64,000 bases of DNA from Minisyncoccota bacterium (lineage in GTDB: Bacteria > Patescibacteriota > Minisyncoccia > Phycocordibacterales > CSBR16-193): the NCBI GenBank assembly GCA_040905715.1, contig JBBDRA010000003.1:459142-523141 (forward strand). The letters run 5' to 3'. Made by a program: the position numbers and the translations under genes. Under the pieces are notes generated by a model that saw only the letters and a program-made list of their open reading frames with translations, was not told the origin of the DNA and made no database searches. Every line of letters begins with the position of its first letter. The stretch's first letter is position 1. Positions 7,222-17,355 of the stretch are shown in pieces.

Positions 7222-8568
7222 ATGAACTTTAGCGACATTATAAAGTCCTACGACGTCCGAGGTGTTTATCCTGATCAGATCAATGAAGAGCATGTCCGTA
7301 TTTTAGGCGGCGCCTTTGTGAAGTATCTCGGCGCAAAGACCGTTGCCGTTGGACGTGATTGCCGCACCTCTAGTCCGGCTTTTCACACTGCGCTTATTGC
7401 CGGTATCACTGAGCAAGGCGCTAACGTGATCGACATTGGAGAGGCTACTACACCAATGGTGTACCACGCTGCCGGCACGCTTGATGTTGATGGCGCAATA
7501 ATGATCACCGCCTCTCACAATCCTCCGGAGTACAACGGCATGAAGTTCGTACGCTCCGGAGCAATACCGATCGGCAAGGAATCGGGACTAGCGGAGATCA
7601 GTGAGATCGCCGAACAAAGTCCTTTCACTCCTGCAGAGCACCCAGGAGATGTTCACCCGATCGACATCAAAACCTCCTACAGCGACTTCATTACAAAGTA
7701 CGCGGACATTGATGGTAGCGTGCTTACCGCTGTTGTGGATCCCGGGAACATGATGGGGGTGTTGGATATTGAAATCCTCAAGAAACTCTCCCCTGCCCTA
7801 AGTGTGTCGGCTATTTTCGATAAGCTTGACGGCACTATGCCAAATCACGAAGCCAACCCGCTCAACAAGGAAACCCTGACAGACTTGCAAACAGAGGTAA
7901 CCAAACAGGAGGCTGATATAGGTATTGCGTATGACGGAGACGCTGACCGGATCGGCTTTGTAGACGAACAAGGCCGCGTGATCCAACCTCATCTGATCAC
8001 CGCCCTGCTTGCCCGACATATTCTTTCTAAGAACCCCGCAGCAGCTATAGCGTACGATGTTCCCTCATCCCGTTCAGTGAACGAAGAGATCACGAAGCAT
8101 GGCGGCACCCCGCTCCTTACCAAGGTTGGAACTGCCAACATAAAGTCAGAAATGCGTGAGCAAGAAGCGATCTTTGGAGGTGAATTTTCCGGTCACTACT
8201 ACTTTAAGGACCACTTCTACTCTGAGGCACCAACCCTCGTGGCAATTCTCGTGTTGAACATGATGGTTAGAGAAAACAAGCCGCTCTCAGAACTCATTGA
8301 CGCGGTTCAACACTACCACCACAGTGGCGAGATGAATTACGAGCTTGCGCCGAACACGAACAAGAACGCCATGCTCACCCAATTTAAAGACACATATAGT
8401 GACGGAGAGCTTACCGAACTCGATGGAATCCGCGTCGACTTTCCCGACTGGTGGTTCCTTGTACGCCCATCAAACACAGAGCCACTCATGCGAATGGTAG
8501 TGGAAGCAGCAACGCCTAAACTACTCGAAGAAAAGAAATTGGAGCTATCAAAAATCATTGACAAATAG
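7222..8568 (+). CDS. phosphomannomutase/phosphoglucomutase (alpha-D-phosphohexomutase family)
   Basis: TASHNP active-site serine loop, GEFSGH and DGDADR metal/sugar loops; 448 aa. Confidence 0.85.
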   Translation: MNFSDIIKSYDVRGVYPDQINEEHVRILGGAFVKYLGAKTVAVGRDCRTSSPAFHTALIAGITEQGANVIDIGEATTPMVYHAAGTLDVDGAIMITASHNPPEYNGMKFVRSGAIPIGKESGLAEISEIAEQSPFTPAEHPGDVHPIDIKTSYSDFITKYADIDGSVLTAVVDPGNMMGVLDIEILKKLSPALSVSAIFDKLDGTMPNHEANPLNKETLTDLQTEVTKQEADIGIAYDGDADRIGFVDEQGRVIQPHLITALLARHILSKNPAAAIAYDVPSSRSVNEEITKHGGTPLLTKVGTANIKSEMREQEAIFGGEFSGHYYFKDHFYSEAPTLVAILVLNMMVRENKPLSELIDAVQHYHHSGEMNYELAPNTNKNAMLTQFKDTYSDGELTELDGIRVDFPDWWFLVRPSNTEPLMRMVVEAATPKLLEEKKLELSKIIDK

Positions 8569-8606
8569 TATTAAAACGTTATCTTATACATAGAAAGGAG
8601 GTTGTC

Positions 8607-9008
8607 ATGTATATCCCTAATCCCAGGGAAGCAGCACAGGAGGCTGACGCCTCCGTTCTTACGTTTCTCGCCAAGAGTGAGGACAAGGTAGTGCGCCACA
8701 CTGTTGCGAGTAATCTTGACTGCCCGGATAAAGTTATCGAGGCATTACTTTTCGACCCGGACGAAGATGTTCGCCGGGCAGCACAAGACACAGCTGATAT
8801 CTGGACGTCAATGGCAGACGCGCGAGACAGCACTGACAGTGATCGTCTCCGCGAGTTAGCTAGCCATAAGCATCCTGCGGTTCGACGGCAGATTGCTGAA
8901 AACGCCTCGTGCCCTCAAGAAATTCGTGAAATTCTCAAGAAAGACGGAAACGATGAAGTTCGGAAAGCGGCACAGACCGGCCCCAGAGAACCTCCGACCA
9001 TCATGTAG
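8607..9008 (+). CDS. HEAT/PBS-lyase-like repeat protein, hypothetical
   Basis: Repeated LLxDPDEDVRRAA-type units. Good SD (GAAAGGAGG) 6 nt upstream of the ATG. Confidence 0.5.
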   Translation: MYIPNPREAAQEADASVLTFLAKSEDKVVRHTVASNLDCPDKVIEALLFDPDEDVRRAAQDTADIWTSMADARDSTDSDRLRELASHKHPAVRRQIAENASCPQEIREILKKDGNDEVRKAAQTGPREPPTIM

Positions 9009-9056
9009 ATTCTCTCTGTTCCATACCCTGCTCCACACAGAGCAACAAATAAATAA

Positions 9057-9086
9057 GTGCATCGCTCGTAGCGATGCACTTTTTTC
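9057..9086. terminator. bidirectional terminator
   Basis: GTGCATCGCT-CGT-AGCGATGCAC followed by TTTTTTC, between convergent genes. Confidence 0.65.
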
Positions 9087-9101
9087 TTTATTAAATTCAG
9101 C

Positions 9102-10295
9102 TTACAACTTTTTTACTTCACCGGGTGTCACCTCAAAGACCTGCATCTGCTCAAACGCCTGCGCTTCAAGACCTGCAAGATCACACCTTGACTCGGCTCG
9201 CTCCACATCCCGGAGACGAGCTTTGGTTTTAGGTTCGCTCGGCGTAAACACGCTGCAACAATCCTCGAACGGTCGCGTTGATATCTCATAGGTACCGATA
9301 CGTTTCGAAAGCTGAATCGTCTCAAACTTATCGTATCCAATGAGCGGCCGAATGGTCAGCATGCTCGAGACCGCATCTACTGCCGTAAGATTTTCGGATG
9401 TCTGGCTTGCAACTTGCGCCAAGCTGTCTCCGGTAACCAAGAGTCCGTAGTGCTTCTCCTGCGCTATCCGCTCAGCGATCCGATGCATGGACCGACGAAA
9501 AAGGATCGTCCAGTACCCTTCCGACGCCTGCTGGGCTATCTGTTTCTGGATCTCTGCAAGCGACGGGGCGTAGACAGTCATTGACTCCCCTTTGAAGCGA
9601 GCGAGCACGCGAGCAAGATCTAGCGCTTTTTCTTTTGCTTTCTCGCCGGTATACGGCGCGGAGTGAAAATACACTGCATCCATCGAAAGCCCGCGTTTCA
9701 TCCCTATCCAACAAGCAACCGGACTATCGATACCGCCGGACATTAGCGCAAGCCCCCTGCCGGACATACCGACCGGCAAGCCACCCGGACCTGACGTCTG
9801 GTCTTTGTCAGTATAAAGATAAGTTCCACCCTCACGCACTTCTATAAAAAGTGTAACATCGGGATCATCAAGATCCACGCCTAGACCAGGGATCTCGTCC
9901 TGAAGCACCTTACCCACCTGCACATTGATCTGCTGGGAGCTATATGAAAAATCTTTATCGGCTCGCCTTGTGACGAGGGCAAATTTCAAGTTTGTATTCC
10001 CCTTTATTAAAGTCCGGAATTTTTCTATCGCCACTTGCGTGATCACTTCAATATCATTTTCTACCATCACTGCCTCAGCAAACAAATGAATACCAAACAC
10101 TCGCGACAGCGCCTCACGCGCAGGCCTTAGATCTCCGTCATTCTCAAGCGTGACCCGAATTCGTCCACGCTCCCTCTTGATCGTTGTATCCTTAGAAATA
10201 ACGGCTTTTATATTAGAGACTAACCGCTCCTCAAAAAGACGCCGATTACGTCCTTTGAGGGCTATTTCCGAGTATTTTACTAAAATGCAATTCAT
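9102..10295 (-). CDS. thiI: tRNA 4-thiouridine synthase (tRNA sulfurtransferase)
   Basis: N-terminal THUMP-like region and the PP-loop LMSGGIDSPVA; 397 aa. Adjacent to a cysteine desulfurase. Confidence 0.85.
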   Translation of the reverse strand: MNCILVKYSEIALKGRNRRLFEERLVSNIKAVISKDTTIKRERGRIRVTLENDGDLRPAREALSRVFGIHLFAEAVMVENDIEVITQVAIEKFRTLIKGNTNLKFALVTRRADKDFSYSSQQINVQVGKVLQDEIPGLGVDLDDPDVTLFIEVREGGTYLYTDKDQTSGPGGLPVGMSGRGLALMSGGIDSPVACWIGMKRGLSMDAVYFHSAPYTGEKAKEKALDLARVLARFKGESMTVYAPSLAEIQKQIAQQASEGYWTILFRRSMHRIAERIAQEKHYGLLVTGDSLAQVASQTSENLTAVDAVSSMLTIRPLIGYDKFETIQLSKRIGTYEISTRPFEDCCSVFTPSEPKTKARLRDVERAESRCDLAGLEAQAFEQMQVFEVTPGEVKKL

Positions 10296-10351
10296 GTTCT
10301 GTATTCAGTATTATGTATTAAAGATAAATACCGTATACGGAATACCGGATA

Positions 10352-11512
10352 CTACACCGTCCGCGTTGCAGACCTTAATTCTTCCACCGCTTCTCTCACT
10401 ATCTGTGACGCATTCTCAATTTCTTCCGTCGTATTCAATCGAGATAATCCGAATCGAACACTCGAATTCTTCACGTCTTGTCGATCTGTAACATGCTCCA
10501 GTACGTGACTCTTAATCTTGTTATTTGTTGAGCAAGCCGAACCGGTAGAAAAGTACACCCCTTTCTCTTCAAGCGTATGAAGTAGTGTTTCAGCTGAAAC
10601 ACCCAAAAAAGAAACGTTCAGTGTAGTCTCCAGTCCACTTTCTGGTGAGTTAATGACTACATCATCGATCTGTGTGAACACGCTCAACAGATACTCACGT
10701 AAATTCTGAATATGATCCCGATTTTGCCTCAGGTTGCTATACGCCAATTCCACAGCTTTCCCGAGTCCTACTATAGCCGGAACATTCTGTGTACCTGAAC
10801 GAATACCAAATTCCTGTCCTCCCCCAACAATAAGCGGCTTCATACGCTGTTTTACTCCTTCTTTTACGACCAGCGCACCGACACCTTTCGGTCCATGAAA
10901 CTTATGCGCACTGATCGCGTATGCATCAATATGCGTCAGATCAACAGACATCTTACCAAACGCTTGAACCCCATCCACCACCACATACACATCATCTTTC
11001 TTTTTCTTCACTGCATACGCAATATCATTCACCGGATTGATCGTACCGAGTTCATTGTTGACCTGCATTACCGCAACAAGCGCGGTATCTTCACGCACTA
11101 CCTCACTCACTTGCTCCGGTGTAACCATGCCATACTGATCAGTCTTAAGATAACTCACTTCCCAGCCTTCTTCTTCAAGAACCTGGCACGATGAAAGAAC
11201 CGCATCATGCTCTACTGCCGTAGTGACAATGTGCCGGCCTTTGCGCTTATTCGCTCGCGCAATACCCAGAATGGCTGTATTGAGCGACTCAGTTGCCCCG
11301 GAAGTAAATACGACCTCACTCTCTTTAACACCCAACAGCTCTGCCAGCTGATATCTGACGTTGCTCACCGCTCGCTCAGCCTCCGTTCCTTTGGAGTGCA
11401 AGCTCGAGGGATTGCCATACCGCTCGGTAAAATACGGAAGCATCGCCTCTATCACAACCGAGTCAACCGGTGTAGTAGCATTGTTATCTAGATAGATACT
11501 TTCTTTTTTCAT
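10352..11512 (-). CDS. iscS: cysteine desulfurase (class V aminotransferase, NifS/IscS-like)
   Basis: SAHKFHGPKGVGALVV PLP-lysine motif and a C-terminal SGSACS active-site cysteine loop. Confidence 0.85.
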   Translation of the reverse strand: MKKESIYLDNNATTPVDSVVIEAMLPYFTERYGNPSSLHSKGTEAERAVSNVRYQLAELLGVKESEVVFTSGATESLNTAILGIARANKRKGRHIVTTAVEHDAVLSSCQVLEEEGWEVSYLKTDQYGMVTPEQVSEVVREDTALVAVMQVNNELGTINPVNDIAYAVKKKKDDVYVVVDGVQAFGKMSVDLTHIDAYAISAHKFHGPKGVGALVVKEGVKQRMKPLIVGGGQEFGIRSGTQNVPAIVGLGKAVELAYSNLRQNRDHIQNLREYLLSVFTQIDDVVINSPESGLETTLNVSFLGVSAETLLHTLEEKGVYFSTGSACSTNNKIKSHVLEHVTDRQDVKNSSVRFGLSRLNTTEEIENASQIVREAVEELRSATRTV

Positions 11513-11685
11513 GAAGTTGACAGTATAAACCTTTTGTTTTAATACTTCAACATATTGTCTTATTACATGTTGCCCTTCGACCTGTTACATTCCGAAAACG
11601 TGCCGTATGAACAATACGCTAACTTCACACCGAATACCTACCGATAGGTAGAGACAGGCCGGATACGGTATACTAAATACTGCAC

Positions 11686-12294
11686 ATGGATGATCGAGCT
11701 AAAAAAATGAGAGCGGTCAAAAAAGAGGTTGAGGCTCTTACTCGTTCTCCTCTTTGCCAAGAGCGCATCAAAAACGAAAAACTTCCGGTCGTCGGTGAAG
11801 GCGCACTCGATGCCGATATTATGCTCATCGGCGAAGCACCGGGCAAGAATGAGGCGATCACCGGCCGGCCGTTTTGCGGAGCCGCCGGACGGATTCTTGA
11901 CCACCTTTTTCTATCAGTCGGAATACAGCGCGAGGATGTTTATATTACGAGCATCGTCAAGGACCGTCCGCCAAATAACCGCGACCCGACCCCTCAAGAG
12001 ATCGCTGACTACGCTCCTTTCCTGGACCGACAGATAGAGATCATTCAGCCTAAGGTGATCGCCACACTCGGACGCTTTGCGATGAACTATATTCTTGAGC
12101 GATACGGCACACCGGAGATGATCCGACCGATCAGCCAGAACCATGGCAAAAAATACAAGATACAAATGACCTACGGCGACATTGATGTTATACCGCTTTA
12201 TCACCCAACCGCTACGGTTTACAATAAAACAGTACGCAAAGATCTGGCAGAAGATTTTAAAATCTTGGCGAAACCTAATCAACCAATAAAATAA
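11686..12294 (+). CDS. uracil-DNA glycosylase, family 4
   Basis: GEGALDADIMLIGEAPGKNE...GRPFCGAAGRILD matches the family-4 UDG motifs. Confidence 0.75.
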   Translation: MDDRAKKMRAVKKEVEALTRSPLCQERIKNEKLPVVGEGALDADIMLIGEAPGKNEAITGRPFCGAAGRILDHLFLSVGIQREDVYITSIVKDRPPNNRDPTPQEIADYAPFLDRQIEIIQPKVIATLGRFAMNYILERYGTPEMIRPISQNHGKKYKIQMTYGDIDVIPLYHPTATVYNKTVRKDLAEDFKILAKPNQPIK

Positions 12295-12298
12295 TCCT

Positions 12299-12757
12299 AT
12301 GCAAACAGAACACGGAATATTTGGCGTCGGAGTGGGAGTGATGATCAAGCGGGGCAACACAGTGCTTCTGGGCAAACGCCACAGCGACCGCGACAAGGCA
12401 GACAGCGATCTTGAAGGTCAAGGTTCCTGGACCTTCCCGGGCGGATCAGTTGAGTTCAACGAGAATTTGGCGGACGCAGTACTGCGCGAGGTAAAAGAAG
12501 AAACCGGTCTAGAAGTAGACCCAACGTCACTCCAGCTGATCAGTGTTGCGGACGATAAACTTGAAAAGAAGAAGGTTCACTTCGTCACGATAGGCTTTCT
12601 TGTCCCGGACATCACCGGTGAAGCAACAGTGATGGAGCCGGACGAAATAACAGAATGGCGCTGGTTTGAGATCGATGACCTTCCCACTCCTTTATTCAAA
12701 CCTACAAAAAAGATGGTCGAGCAACATAGAGAAAACAAGCTTTATGTCCACAGGTAG
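12299..12757 (+). CDS. NUDIX hydrolase
   Basis: Nudix box GGSVEFNENLADAVLREVKEETGL. Confidence 0.75.
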   Translation: MQTEHGIFGVGVGVMIKRGNTVLLGKRHSDRDKADSDLEGQGSWTFPGGSVEFNENLADAVLREVKEETGLEVDPTSLQLISVADDKLEKKKVHFVTIGFLVPDITGEATVMEPDEITEWRWFEIDDLPTPLFKPTKKMVEQHRENKLYVHR

Positions 12758-12812
12758 CGCATTCGGAACTTCACCTTTAGAATGGAATAGTACTAACCAT
12801 TAATCTTCATCT

Positions 12813-13118
12813 ATGGACCTCATCCTTGACCCGCTCGCATCCACAAACCTGATACTCGCGCTTACCGTTGTTGTTTTCGGCACACTCGCCTACAGAGCAA
12901 GTAAAGATAAGACAACGCTCTATCTCGCCGCCGGATTCTGTCTTTTCGCCATCACTGATCTTCTCACCATCTTTGGTATCGGTACTCGTTTTGACGCACT
13001 TCACATCATCACTTTGATCAGCGGGTATATTGCTGTCGTTGCGGCACTCTACTTACTCTGGCAGAAGAAACCGGAGCCAAAGCGAAGCTTTATTAAGCGA
13101 CTGTTCAGCCGTAAATAA
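12813..13118 (+). CDS. hypothetical membrane protein
   Basis: 101 aa, three hydrophobic helices. Confidence 0.4.
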   Translation: MDLILDPLASTNLILALTVVVFGTLAYRASKDKTTLYLAAGFCLFAITDLLTIFGIGTRFDALHIITLISGYIAVVAALYLLWQKKPEPKRSFIKRLFSRK

Positions 13119-13152
13119 ATAAAAGCCCGTACATAAAAGTTTAAACAAAAAA

Positions 13153-13180
13153 GACCCGCTCTGAAGAGAGCGGGTCTTTC
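13153..13180 (+). terminator. intrinsic terminator
   Basis: GACCCGCTCT-GAAG-AGAGCGGGTC followed by TTTCCC. Confidence 0.55.
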
Positions 13181-13688
13181 CCAATATGAATCCACTATAT
13201 CAAGTTTGACCCCACTAAAACCCAAAACCGCCCAGCACTCTGGGTGCAAGGCAGTAAAGGTGGCGGCGGCATCCTCTCGGTACAAAGAGGAGAATTCCAG
13301 GCGACATTTTATAGTGGTACCCAGGAGATCCAGACTTATAAGCTTTATTATAATTGCTGAATCAGCTCGGGTCCTTTTTTTGTCTTATTATGATTGGAAC
13401 TCCTCTTTAGAGAAGATTACCTATATTGTATTATGCCACTATCGGCGAATATTACAATAAGCGAGTCACACCGGTTTCGTGTATATCCTGTGGAAATCTT
13501 GTTTATATCAGTGGATACACAGGGGACAACTTCGGGATAACTCAGCGGCCCTCATGGTCATATTCTCAATTTAGACCTCAACTAAGCTTCCGTTAGATAA
13601 CCTCGCCCAAATTTAAAACATATACACAACTTAAACCCGCCTAGCCTGAGCCAAGCGGGTTTAAGACTGAGATCAAAACAAAGGTTTA

Positions 13689-13982
13689 CTACTCTACCTC
13701 TACTTCAGCACCTGCTGAGGCGCCATCATCATCCTCGTCCTCAACATCATTAGTTTCGTCCATAGTATCATCGTTTCCTTCTTCAAGCTGCTCATCAACA
13801 TCACCATCCGGCAACGTTGTGTCTTCACCTCCTCCAGCAAACAAGATAATACCGAGTACAATAATAATGATAACGACTACTACGATCAAAATTGTGTTTG
13901 TAGAGCTTTTGCTATCGCCACCTTGTGGTTCTTGTGTTGAACCCATGTCGTTCTGCGGCTGTTGGTTAAAATCTTCTGGCAT
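13689..13982 (-). CDS. small single-pass membrane protein with acidic C-terminus, hypothetical
   Basis: TM helix ILIVVVVIIIIVLGIILFAGG followed by a D/E-rich tail. Confidence 0.45.
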   Translation of the reverse strand: MPEDFNQQPQNDMGSTQEPQGGDSKSSTNTILIVVVVIIIIVLGIILFAGGGEDTTLPDGDVDEQLEEGNDDTMDETNDVEDEDDDGASAGAEVEVE

Positions 13983-14149
13983 AAAGTTGACTTAAAATTA
14001 TAATTGAGGCGTATCCGGAAGCACCGCTAAGCGGACACGCCCCAGGTACACTAGTTTGATTATAGAAGGTATAGTTACAAAAGACAATAGACGAAACGGA
14101 AAAGCTGTGGAAAGTACTGCATGGCAAGGCTATTCCTTCCATTTGCAGA

Positions 14150-14476
14150 ATGCGCTATACTAATGGGAGTTACTTAAAAACCACTATTACATCTATGTTA
14201 CGAACACCGATCATCATCGCAGTAGCCCTTCTTGTTGCGGGAGGCATTGGCTACGCCGTACTTTCCCAGACCAACACTTCTATCCCGATACAAGATGAGT
14301 TCTCTGATAAAGTTGTATACACGATCGATCTTGGTGTTGATACCCAGCCGCTGATCGAAGATTGCAGCGAGAGAGGCGGTGAATTCAGTGAATGCGGAAG
14401 CGTGTGCGAGCCGGAGGCCGAGATGTGTGCCAGCGTTTGCGCATATACCTGTGATGGTATTCCCGAACGAAATTAG
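14150..14476 (+). CDS. hypothetical secreted/membrane protein with Cys-rich C-terminus
   Basis: N-terminal TM/signal segment. C-terminal CSERGGEFSECGSVCEPEAEMCASVCAYTCDG has 8 Cys. Confidence 0.4.
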   Translation: MRYTNGSYLKTTITSMLRTPIIIAVALLVAGGIGYAVLSQTNTSIPIQDEFSDKVVYTIDLGVDTQPLIEDCSERGGEFSECGSVCEPEAEMCASVCAYTCDGIPERN

Positions 14477-14481
14477 GGACC

Positions 14482-14510
14482 TTGAACAGCCTCATAAAAT
14501 GTGCTATATA
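14482..14510 (+). promoter_or_regulatory. sigma-70-type promoter (TTGAAC-17-TATATA with TG extension)
   Basis: TTGAAC at 14482..14487, a 17-nt spacer ending TGC, and TATATA at 14505..14510. The predicted TSS is a few nt before the ATG at 14521, giving a near-leaderless mRNA. Confidence 0.45.
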
Positions 14511-14520
14511 CTATATATCT

Positions 14521-14634
14521 ATGCCGAACAATAAATCACAACGAAAAAAAGACAAGACCCTCCGCAAACACAAAAAGGGCCTCAAGAGCGGTCGCGAACT
14601 CGAAAAGCTGAAAAAACAAAAAATACGGAGCTAA
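14521..14634 (+). CDS. 37-aa extremely basic small protein (MPNNKSQRKKDKTLRKHKKGLKSGRELEKLKKQKIRS), hypothetical
   Basis: Not in the ORF track (under 60 aa). It has its own promoter immediately upstream and a hairpin terminator downstream. 14 of 37 residues are K or R. Confidence 0.4.
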   Translation: MPNNKSQRKKDKTLRKHKKGLKSGRELEKLKKQKIRS

Positions 14635-14667
14635 CAAAAATCCTCTAGCTAACGTTTGTACCTACAA

Positions 14668-14700
14668 TAACCCGCTTTCTCTACTCTAGCGGGTTATTTT
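14668..14700 (+). terminator. intrinsic terminator
   Basis: AACCCGCTTTCTCTACTCTAGCGGGTT followed by ATTTT. Confidence 0.5.
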
Positions 14701-14757
14701 ACTATATGGGTATGAGGACTTGCGTTCCCCTATTATCCCCCATATGATGGAACCGTT

Positions 14758-15957
14758 ATGAGCAACACTCCAAAAATTCAGATTGAACATCTCTATAAGA
14801 TCTTTGAAAAGAAGCCAAACACCGTCGACGAACTTCCTAAAGACCTCGTCTCAAAAAAAGAGACCGCGACGCAGATCGGGCAAGTGGTCGCACTCCAAGA
14901 CATCAACTTTGATGTAAAAGAGGGTGAGATATTCGCTATCACAGGACCGACCGACTCCGGCAAATCTACGTTACTTCGCTGTATCAGCCGGCTCCAAGAG
15001 ATAACCCACGGCTCGATTCTGATCAATAACGTAGACATTACCCAACTCTCTCAAGATAAGATACGTCAGTTCCGCCAAACTACTTTTGGAATGGTCTTTC
15101 AACACGTTTCTCTCTTCCCTCACCGAAGTGTGTTTGAGAACGTTATCTTCGGCCTGGAGGTCCAAGGAGTCCCAAAAAAGGAACGTGTTGAAAAGGGACA
15201 ACACGTTATAGATATGGTTGGACTCAATCAGTGGTCAAACAGACTCACCGGCGAACTCTCCGGTGACATACAGCAACGTGTTGGTCTCGCTCGAGCGTTA
15301 GCCGTCAATCCTGAGGTACTCCTTATGGACGAGCCCTTCTCAGCACTCGATCCCCTCACTCGAAACGGCCTGCAAGACGAGTTTTTAAAACTTCATTCTA
15401 AAATAGGTAAAACAGTCCTTTTTGCTACCGACGACCTCAATGAAGCTGTCCGTATTGCCGACCGCATCGGCATCATCAACAGCGAAGGCGAACTGATCCA
15501 GGTCGGATCACCTGAGGAGATCTTACTCGACCCCGCAGACGAATACATAGAAAGATTCTTGAACGATATCGATAGACCGTCGGTTATCCGTGTCGAAAGC
15601 CTTATGCAGCAGCCCCGCCATGTTATTCAAGAGAACAAAACACCGGCAAGCGCTCTCGCAAAAATGAACGAGACAAAGACCGATTACGTATTTGTAATAA
15701 CATCGGGTAAAGGTTTCCGAGGCATCGTAACCCGTGAACGTGCCGTGAGCGTGACCGATCCCAGCTCAACTCTTGCCGATATAACCCGCGCCTCAGATAT
15801 CACGCACACGAACCGAACGATCAAAGAAGTTCTGCCACATGTGCTTGAAGGCGGCCGACCAATTGCTGTGCTGGATGACGAAGAACAATTTGTGGGCGAA
15901 GTCAGCCGAAGTGAGATCGCTGCTGTTCTAAAAAAGCAACAGAGAAGCAGTGTCTAA
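14758..15957 (+). CDS. proV: glycine betaine/proline-type ABC transporter ATP-binding protein with C-terminal CBS pair
   Basis: Walker A GPTDSGKST, signature LSGDIQQRVGLARAL, Walker B LLMDEPFSALD; C-terminal tandem CBS-like region. Confidence 0.85.
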   Translation: MSNTPKIQIEHLYKIFEKKPNTVDELPKDLVSKKETATQIGQVVALQDINFDVKEGEIFAITGPTDSGKSTLLRCISRLQEITHGSILINNVDITQLSQDKIRQFRQTTFGMVFQHVSLFPHRSVFENVIFGLEVQGVPKKERVEKGQHVIDMVGLNQWSNRLTGELSGDIQQRVGLARALAVNPEVLLMDEPFSALDPLTRNGLQDEFLKLHSKIGKTVLFATDDLNEAVRIADRIGIINSEGELIQVGSPEEILLDPADEYIERFLNDIDRPSVIRVESLMQQPRHVIQENKTPASALAKMNETKTDYVFVITSGKGFRGIVTRERAVSVTDPSSTLADITRASDITHTNRTIKEVLPHVLEGGRPIAVLDDEEQFVGEVSRSEIAAVLKKQQRSSV

Positions 15958-15996
15958 GTCTTTATTTTTTATCGCCCAAAAGCTATACGCAACAGT

Positions 15997-16926
15997 ATGC
16001 CCCACTCAACAAACACCTACCTTTTCGTTGCCCTCGTCGTGGTCTTAGCAGCCACGGCAGGATTGGTTGGATCCTTAGATATTGCTGCTCGTATCCCGTA
16101 CATACCGTTTCAGGAAACTGCGGACACCGTGATCGGCTGGCTAAATACGAATCTTGACCCACTATTCAGCAGTATAGCCTTTATCATCACCTCTCTTCTT
16201 ACACCAATTCACTATTTTTTTACCCAGGCTCCGTCCGTACTCGTCATTGCTGTGCTTGCCTCTCTCGGCTACCTTCTCGATACATGGCGACTATGCTTAC
16301 TCATCCTTATTTCTCTCTTGTTTGTAACCTCCTTCGGCCTCTTTGACGAAACAATGATCACCCTATCACTGGTCATTACCTCAACCCTCTTCGCCCTTCT
16401 CGTTGGCATACCACTAGGAATCGCCAAAGCCCACTCGCACACGCTAGCAAATAGTGTCGATCCGCTGCTTGATTTTATGCAGATCGTACCGCTGTTCATA
16501 TACCTGATACCGGCAATACTCTTCTTCTCGATCGGAATCATACCCGGCATCGTAGCGACCTTTATCTTCTCAATACCTCCGGCTGTACACCTCACCGCCC
16601 TCGGAATCAAACAGATCCCGGATGAATACCTTGAAGTCAGCCGAGCTTTTGGCGCTACCCCCTTTCAGTCACTAAGAAAAATAGAGCTTCCGCTTGCCTT
16701 ACCATCGATCATGGCTGGCGTACATCAGACCACCCTGCTCTCCCTCTCGATGATCGTCGCAGCTTCAGTGGTCGGAGTGCCTGGGCTCGGAGAGGTCGTG
16801 TACGCATCTCTCACCCAGTCACAGATAGGCCAAAGTATTGTGAGTGGCATAAGTGTCGTACTGCTGGCAGTAATGCTTGACCGAGTTGCCCGAGCGACAA
16901 ACAAACATGTCTCCCGGCACTCCTAA
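15997..16926 (+). CDS. proW: ABC transporter permease (ProW/OpuAB-like)
   Basis: 309 aa polytopic membrane protein with the EAA-like loop SRAFGATPFQSLRKIELP, directly downstream of the ATPase. Confidence 0.8.
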   Translation: MPHSTNTYLFVALVVVLAATAGLVGSLDIAARIPYIPFQETADTVIGWLNTNLDPLFSSIAFIITSLLTPIHYFFTQAPSVLVIAVLASLGYLLDTWRLCLLILISLLFVTSFGLFDETMITLSLVITSTLFALLVGIPLGIAKAHSHTLANSVDPLLDFMQIVPLFIYLIPAILFFSIGIIPGIVATFIFSIPPAVHLTALGIKQIPDEYLEVSRAFGATPFQSLRKIELPLALPSIMAGVHQTTLLSLSMIVAASVVGVPGLGEVVYASLTQSQIGQSIVSGISVVLLAVMLDRVARATNKHVSRHS

Positions 16927-16975
16927 TTCGAACGTGTATTAAAAAAGGAGCAAAACAACTGATACAATGTAATAT

Positions 16976-17230
16976 ATGAATACTATTTTTAGATCATTCA
17001 CCTTTCGCTGGTGGCAACTAGCACTATATGAGACCGCTCTTATTTCGCTCGGACTCGGAGTCGGATCGATCTGGAGCGACACATTTGAAGATCTAGCGCC
17101 GTGGCTGCTACTTGTCTTTATCTGCATCGCTCCGTATATCCTGTACCTGTACCTTGACCAGGTCTCACAAAAGGCAATTATTTCACGAAAAGATGACCCA
17201 CGAGATCCGTCGCAAAAAGAAGGACGTTGA
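16976..17230 (+). CDS. hypothetical small membrane protein
   Basis: 84 aa, two TM helices; weak translation signals. Confidence 0.3.
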   Translation: MNTIFRSFTFRWWQLALYETALISLGLGVGSIWSDTFEDLAPWLLLVFICIAPYILYLYLDQVSQKAIISRKDDPRDPSQKEGR

Positions 17231-17355
17231 TACTACACAGCTCGACAACGCATACTGAAGGCGTATAATGCCCAAAGCTACGCCCTCCCACTGCTTACGT
17301 GGATGAGGTTAGTACGTTAGTAAACAAACATTAATTACCTTAATACGAATTTCTT

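Noticed and set aside
13206-13460. ORF 13206..13460 (+), 84 aa
   Set aside because: Basic and low-complexity, with no start signals, lying in an intergenic gap. More likely non-coding (possible sRNA region).
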